A stretch of DNA of 64,000 nt from Patescibacteria group bacterium. GTDB taxonomy: Bacteria; Patescibacteriota; Dojkabacteria; JAKAPS01. The notes beneath the pieces were generated by a model. That model ran no database searches and was not told where the DNA came from. It saw only the letters and a program-made list of their open reading frames with translations. The stretch is taken from assembly GCA_025450075.1 (NCBI GenBank), contig JANWIC010000009.1, positions 38,368 through 102,367 of the forward strand, given 5' to 3'. How positions within the stretch are numbered: the first letter of the stretch is position 1; every line of letters begins with the position of its first letter. The translations under genes and the position numbers were made by a program. Shown in pieces: positions 59,859 through 64,000 of the stretch.

Positions 59859-61423
59859 AAACACTACTTTTAAATATTTTAGATGATATATCAGCTTTAA
59901 TACCATCTTTTGAAAATATTAAAATAGATTTCAGAAAGAGACAGAAAAAAGATTTCATAATTAAGAAGAATGTTAATATACCTGAACATATATTTACTCT
60001 TAAAGAATTTTACCAATATATTTCCCTAAATGAGCAAAACTATCAATTCATCGATATTCATGTAGACAATGACTCCAAGAATCTATTATCGGCATTACTA
60101 AAAGAATACGAACAAATATATCTTGCTATGCATATTAACAAGCTAAAAAAAGAAGAAGTACATAATTCATTAAAGAAAAAACTGGCAAAACTATATGAAG
60201 AAAAAATATCAACTTCTCAAAAAGGAATATTATCTACTGGATTTCTTGATCATGAGATTCAGGATATAAAGAAAAAAATAGATGAATATGTTATACAAGC
60301 AGATCCGTATATGGTTACCTTAAAGATGAGTATTAAATACGAAGCAGATATTCAAAAGTTGAAAATGCTTGCAACTATTTTTAATGTCAGCTTTTACCCA
60401 TTATATTTTAAACAATTGGTTTCATTACAGAGTTTTTTCTTATCTCCCGTATTAGATAATGAATACTCGCTTTTAAGTAATTTAGCTGTTGTAGATCCTT
60501 TTCCAGCATTTACTCCTGTTCAATGTAAAGGTATATTTATTGGACATGAAATGAATACTCAATCACCAATTTTTGAAGATTTCTTTGGATTTGAAAATTT
60601 TAATTCAGTAATTATGGCAAAATCAGGAGCTGGGAAAAGCCTTCTTGCTTCTATGCTTATGAAAAGGCTCCTTTTTGAAGGTATTGCGATTGTTGTTTTT
60701 GATCCTGAAAAAGAATATGAATCATTTTGTAATGCACTTCATGGCAAAAACTATTATGAAGAAGATATGGTCTTTATAGATGCCTATATGCAAAATAGCG
60801 AAAATATTTCATATTTTCTAAATTTACTTCCATTAATCTTTGAGAGTAGAGAAGACGGAGAAGAAATGTTTAGCTTTTTTCATGATTGTAGGACATATAG
60901 TGAAATTAAAGAAAAGATTGAGATGTTATCTGTCAAGAAGAAAAACAAATTACTTAGATATTTCCAGTCAGATAAGAAAAGGAGCTTGAAGGATTTTCAA
61001 ATTATTAATTTCGTCATTACATCTGATAAGAGTAAAATTGATTTATATAAGATTATTATGTACTGCATGAATAGAAATATTGGGAAAACAATATTATTTA
61101 TCGATGAAGCACATAAAGTAATGGATGATGAATATATAGCTCAGATAGTTAGACAGGTATCTAAGAGAGGGAGAAAACATAATCTTGGGATATGTGTCAT
61201 CTCACAAGATATCATTGATTTTGTACAAAATAAATGGAGTAAAGCAGTGATTTCAAATGCTACTTTCACTTTTCTTTTAAAGCAAGAATTAATCAATTTA
61301 CCGCTAATTAACAAAATCTTTGGAGTAGAAGATTATGAGGATTTCCTTTTGCATGCCCGTGTTGGAGAAGGCATATTTATGAGAAATGGTGAAATTCAAA
61401 AAGTCATATTTGACAAGATTTAA
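59855..61423 (+). CDS. Second, shorter VirB4-like ATPase
   Basis: GIFIG, ENFNSVIMAKSGAGKS, FDPEKEY, FIDEAH, KRGRKH, ISQDIIDF. Confidence 0.85.
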   Translation: MKTLLLNILDDISALIPSFENIKIDFRKRQKKDFIIKKNVNIPEHIFTLKEFYQYISLNEQNYQFIDIHVDNDSKNLLSALLKEYEQIYLAMHINKLKKEEVHNSLKKKLAKLYEEKISTSQKGILSTGFLDHEIQDIKKKIDEYVIQADPYMVTLKMSIKYEADIQKLKMLATIFNVSFYPLYFKQLVSLQSFFLSPVLDNEYSLLSNLAVVDPFPAFTPVQCKGIFIGHEMNTQSPIFEDFFGFENFNSVIMAKSGAGKSLLASMLMKRLLFEGIAIVVFDPEKEYESFCNALHGKNYYEEDMVFIDAYMQNSENISYFLNLLPLIFESREDGEEMFSFFHDCRTYSEIKEKIEMLSVKKKNKLLRYFQSDKKRSLKDFQIINFVITSDKSKIDLYKIIMYCMNRNIGKTILFIDEAHKVMDDEYIAQIVRQVSKRGRKHNLGICVISQDIIDFVQNKWSKAVISNATFTFLLKQELINLPLINKIFGVEDYEDFLLHARVGEGIFMRNGEIQKVIFDKI

Positions 61424-61480
61424 TGAATTTCTGAGCATCACTTTCATTATGATATAATACACTTAATTAAGATAAAAAAA

Positions 61481-61975
61481 ATGAATCGAAAAACTTCACA
61501 TGATAGTGAAACACCGGCAGTTGGTCAACAGGTTTTTACTGCATGTGCCTTTATCCATAGGAAGGTGGGCGGTAAAGAAAAAGTATTGTTAGCCAAAAGG
61601 GCAGATTCAAAGAAATTCTTGCCAGGTGTTTATGAGCTTCCGGGAGGGCATATAAACTTTGGTGAAGATATGAAAGAAGGTCTAAGACGTGAAATTGAAG
61701 AAGAATTGGAGGTTAAGATATCAATTGGAGACCCTTTCTTCGTTTTTACAGGAATGAATCCTATCAAAGGATCAAACTCTATAGAGGTCACTATGTTTCT
61801 CAACACTCCTGATGAAATAAAAATTCACCCTGAAGACCATTCAGCAATAATATGGGTTTCTGAAGAAGAGATACCTAGTATTTACACACATACAAAAGGC
61901 TCGGATGATATTGAAGTAGAAGCGATACGAAAAGGTTTTTCCTTTCTTAAAGGCATTCCTTGTCAATTTGTCTGA
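61481..61975 (+). CDS. NUDIX hydrolase
   Basis: LPGGHINFGEDMKEGLRREIEEEL Nudix box. Confidence 0.9.
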   Translation: MNRKTSHDSETPAVGQQVFTACAFIHRKVGGKEKVLLAKRADSKKFLPGVYELPGGHINFGEDMKEGLRREIEEELEVKISIGDPFFVFTGMNPIKGSNSIEVTMFLNTPDEIKIHPEDHSAIIWVSEEEIPSIYTHTKGSDDIEVEAIRKGFSFLKGIPCQFV

Positions 61976-62026
61976 TGCATGAAACATCAATTTACATTGA
62001 TAGGAATTTAGAAGTATAATCACACT

Positions 62027-62437
62027 ATGGAAAATGACAGCTTTATCATATATACTGACGCAGGATCGAGAGGAAATCCTGGTAAGGCAGCTGCAGCAGC
62101 AATTCTGTTAAATGATAAACAAATGCTAGTCGATCTGAATGCAGCCTATCTGGGTATTACGACTAATAATTGGGCAGAATATGAAGGTTTGATTTTGGGA
62201 ATGCGGTTAGCAATAAAGCATCACTGCAAAAGCCTTTTAGTATATATGGACAGTCAGTTAGTTGTGAAGCAAATACAAGGAGAATACAAGATAAAAGACA
62301 ATAACTTAAAATTGCAGTATAATATTGTAAAAGAGCTCATGGACAAATTTGATCATATTGAATTTACCCATGTTTTACGAGGTAATAATACTTCGGCAGA
62401 CAAGCTTGTTAATATTATCTTAGATAATAATCAATAA
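62027..62437 (+). CDS. rnhA: Ribonuclease HI
   Basis: YTDAGSRGNPG, TNNWAEY, DSQLV, NTSADKL. Confidence 0.92.
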   Translation: MENDSFIIYTDAGSRGNPGKAAAAAILLNDKQMLVDLNAAYLGITTNNWAEYEGLILGMRLAIKHHCKSLLVYMDSQLVVKQIQGEYKIKDNNLKLQYNIVKELMDKFDHIEFTHVLRGNNTSADKLVNIILDNNQ

Positions 62438-62438
62438 T

Positions 62439-63098
62439 ATGGAAACTCTCGTTTTACATGATTATGTGCATATCTTACGACGTCATTTTAAAGTGTTCTT
62501 AGGTATAGTCTTCCTTTGTACTCTATTAGGAGTCTTGCTTACTTACCTAATTCCTGTAAGTTATTCATCTTCAATTGATGTATATGTAAGGCATAAAGGG
62601 ACAGCAAACTCCCAGTTATTTTATACCTACGATGGGTATTATTCCACACAAGCGAGTGTACAATATACTGATACAGTTGCAGGTTTCCTACAATCTCTTT
62701 CAACAGTTGATGATGCTGCAAACTTAGTACAAAAAGATCCATTATATAAATCTGGAGATTTTCAACCTGCAGAATTAACTGACCAAGCTGATTATCTTGC
62801 TTCTTTTCAAAGAAATATCAATGTAAAAATTGTAGCTCCACAGCTTGTAAATGTATCCGTTCATGATAATAGTCCTGTTGTTGCACAATTATGGGCACAA
62901 TCTCTTGGTACAGTTCTGACAGCAAACTTAAAGCAATTAAACCAGGAGGGGGATGCAAATTTTACTATCGATACGATCCATGCTCCGATAACTGAAACGA
63001 ACAAACTTAATCTATATATTGATACTGCTATTGGACTTATCATAGGAGTATTCATGGGATTTACCATTGGCTTTATTCTTGAAGCATATAAAGAATGA
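62439..63098 (+). CDS. Wzz/CapA-like chain-length-determinant family protein
   Basis: N- and C-terminal TMs with P.SYSSS after the first TM. Confidence 0.65.
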   Translation: METLVLHDYVHILRRHFKVFLGIVFLCTLLGVLLTYLIPVSYSSSIDVYVRHKGTANSQLFYTYDGYYSTQASVQYTDTVAGFLQSLSTVDDAANLVQKDPLYKSGDFQPAELTDQADYLASFQRNINVKIVAPQLVNVSVHDNSPVVAQLWAQSLGTVLTANLKQLNQEGDANFTIDTIHAPITETNKLNLYIDTAIGLIIGVFMGFTIGFILEAYKE

Positions 63099-63099
63099 T

Positions 63100-64000
63100 A
63101 TGCTATATATCTTTCAAGGGACAAATACCCATTACAAGAGAAAACTTGTAACATCACTTCAGGAAAAATTTTCAGATTATTCGACATATATACTGGATTG
63201 TCAGGATCATGACAAAGTAACGCCTGCGTATATAGATAAAATTGTTACTTTAACTTCACTTTTTGAAGAAACAGGAAAGATAATTTGGTTAAAAGAATAC
63301 TCGAAATTTGATGATATCGATTATTTATATAAACTGTTATTTACATACAGCAAATCTAAAAATTGTATATTCATTTGTGACACATCAGAGAAATTGAGAT
63401 CAAATGCAAAAATGTTAAAATTCATTGAGAAGAAAACGCATTGTATAGATTGCCGGGAATATGATAGGCGAAAATTAATCACTTTAGTTAAATCCAAGCT
63501 GGATGATGCTAAAATCCCCAATACAAGCCAGATTGCTTCATATATACTTGATGTTGTAGATAATGACCCTTTTATGCTTGAATCTGAAGCGGAAAAGATT
63601 GTCCTTGCCTACACAGGGGGAGAGAGAGAAGAGAATAATTTAAAAATAGCAATAACAAAAAGCAGCAGTTATACTATTTGGGAATATATTACATTCCTCT
63701 CTAAGGGAGAACGACAAATGGCAGTAAAAACAATTGTAGATCTTTTGGACAAGGGAGAGAATGAGTATAGCATTATTGGTATGATTGTATGGAACCTCAG
63801 GCTTATTACTGGGATATTAATCGCTGGAAAAAGAAGTGATGTTGAAATTGCAAAAGAATTGGGGTATAGCCCTTTTTCAGTCAAACATGCAAGAGAAATT
63901 ATACACAGATTCTCAATAGAGAAGGTAACTTTTCTATACGAAAGAATTATAGAGCTGGATATGAAAATCAAAACTGGATTAATCACACCACGGCTCGGAG
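63100..64000 (+). CDS. holA: DNA polymerase III delta subunit (partial)
   Basis: Not in the ORF track. MLYIFQG..., TSLF, VDNDPFMLESEAEK, IWE, LGYSPFSVK, IIELDMKIKTG; open to the window end. Confidence 0.8.
   Translation, partial: MLYIFQGTNTHYKRKLVTSLQEKFSDYSTYILDCQDHDKVTPAYIDKIVTLTSLFEETGKIIWLKEYSKFDDIDYLYKLLFTYSKSKNCIFICDTSEKLRSNAKMLKFIEKKTHCIDCREYDRRKLITLVKSKLDDAKIPNTSQIASYILDVVDNDPFMLESEAEKIVLAYTGGEREENNLKIAITKSSSYTIWEYITFLSKGERQMAVKTIVDLLDKGENEYSIIGMIVWNLRLITGILIAGKRSDVEIAKELGYSPFSVKHAREIIHRFSIEKVTFLYERIIELDMKIKTGLITPRLG

Noticed and set aside
53073-61423. Integrative conjugative element
   Set aside because: No relaxase, coupling protein, integrase or att repeats in the window; the flanks are ordinary chromosomal genes.
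62439-63098. Capsule biosynthesis locus
   Set aside because: The Wzz/CapA-like gene is solitary between rnhA and holA, with no kinase, flippase or polymerase adjacent.
1-64000. CRISPR array, rRNA, IS element, integrase or reverse transcriptase/DGR
   Set aside because: No regularly spaced repeats or matching ORFs were noticed, and the intergenic gaps are short. This was a by-eye scan only.
1-64000. TGA-to-Gly recoding (code 25)
   Set aside because: Conserved genes are full length under code 11, and TGA ends genes at sensible positions (udg, ftsA-like, NUDIX).

Overview
AT-rich, gene-dense bacterial chromosome segment using standard code 11 (TGA is a stop). The gene inventory strongly suggests a CPR/Patescibacteria genome (Microgenomates/Dojkabacteria-like; this is inference): an FtsA-like gene next to a baseplate-J-like membrane protein, a PrgI/VirB4 cluster, DUF3048, short PheT, and few Shine-Dalgarno motifs. 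Housekeeping genes are udg, ftsK, rodZ, tatD, metG, rpoD, rpsT, lepA, pcrA, tRNA-Pro(CGG), pheS/pheT, rnhA and a partial holA. Accessory content includes a GT2/GtrA/GT-C glycosylation set, sodN-sodX, a 7TM/ATP-grasp-protease/2xRimK operon, secreted M23 and amidase-like proteins, tandem MacB-like ABC transporters, and a T4SS-like locus. The most unusual items are: (i) the T4SS-like locus carries two PrgI/small-protein/VirB4 triplets, one full-size and one miniaturised, flanking pilin and VirB6-like genes; (ii) several remodelled enzyme homologues, namely a Lon ATPase with no protease domain or pore-loop Tyr, two degenerate Clp ATPases, a MalQ and an amidase lacking catalytic residues, and a K+ channel with a TIGIGT filter; (iii) an unannotated 32-aa histone-H1-like peptide with its own promoter, SD and terminator; (iv) a tandem orphan paralog family. 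No CRISPR array, rRNA, IS element or integrase was seen. All family calls come from motif recognition by eye, not database searches.
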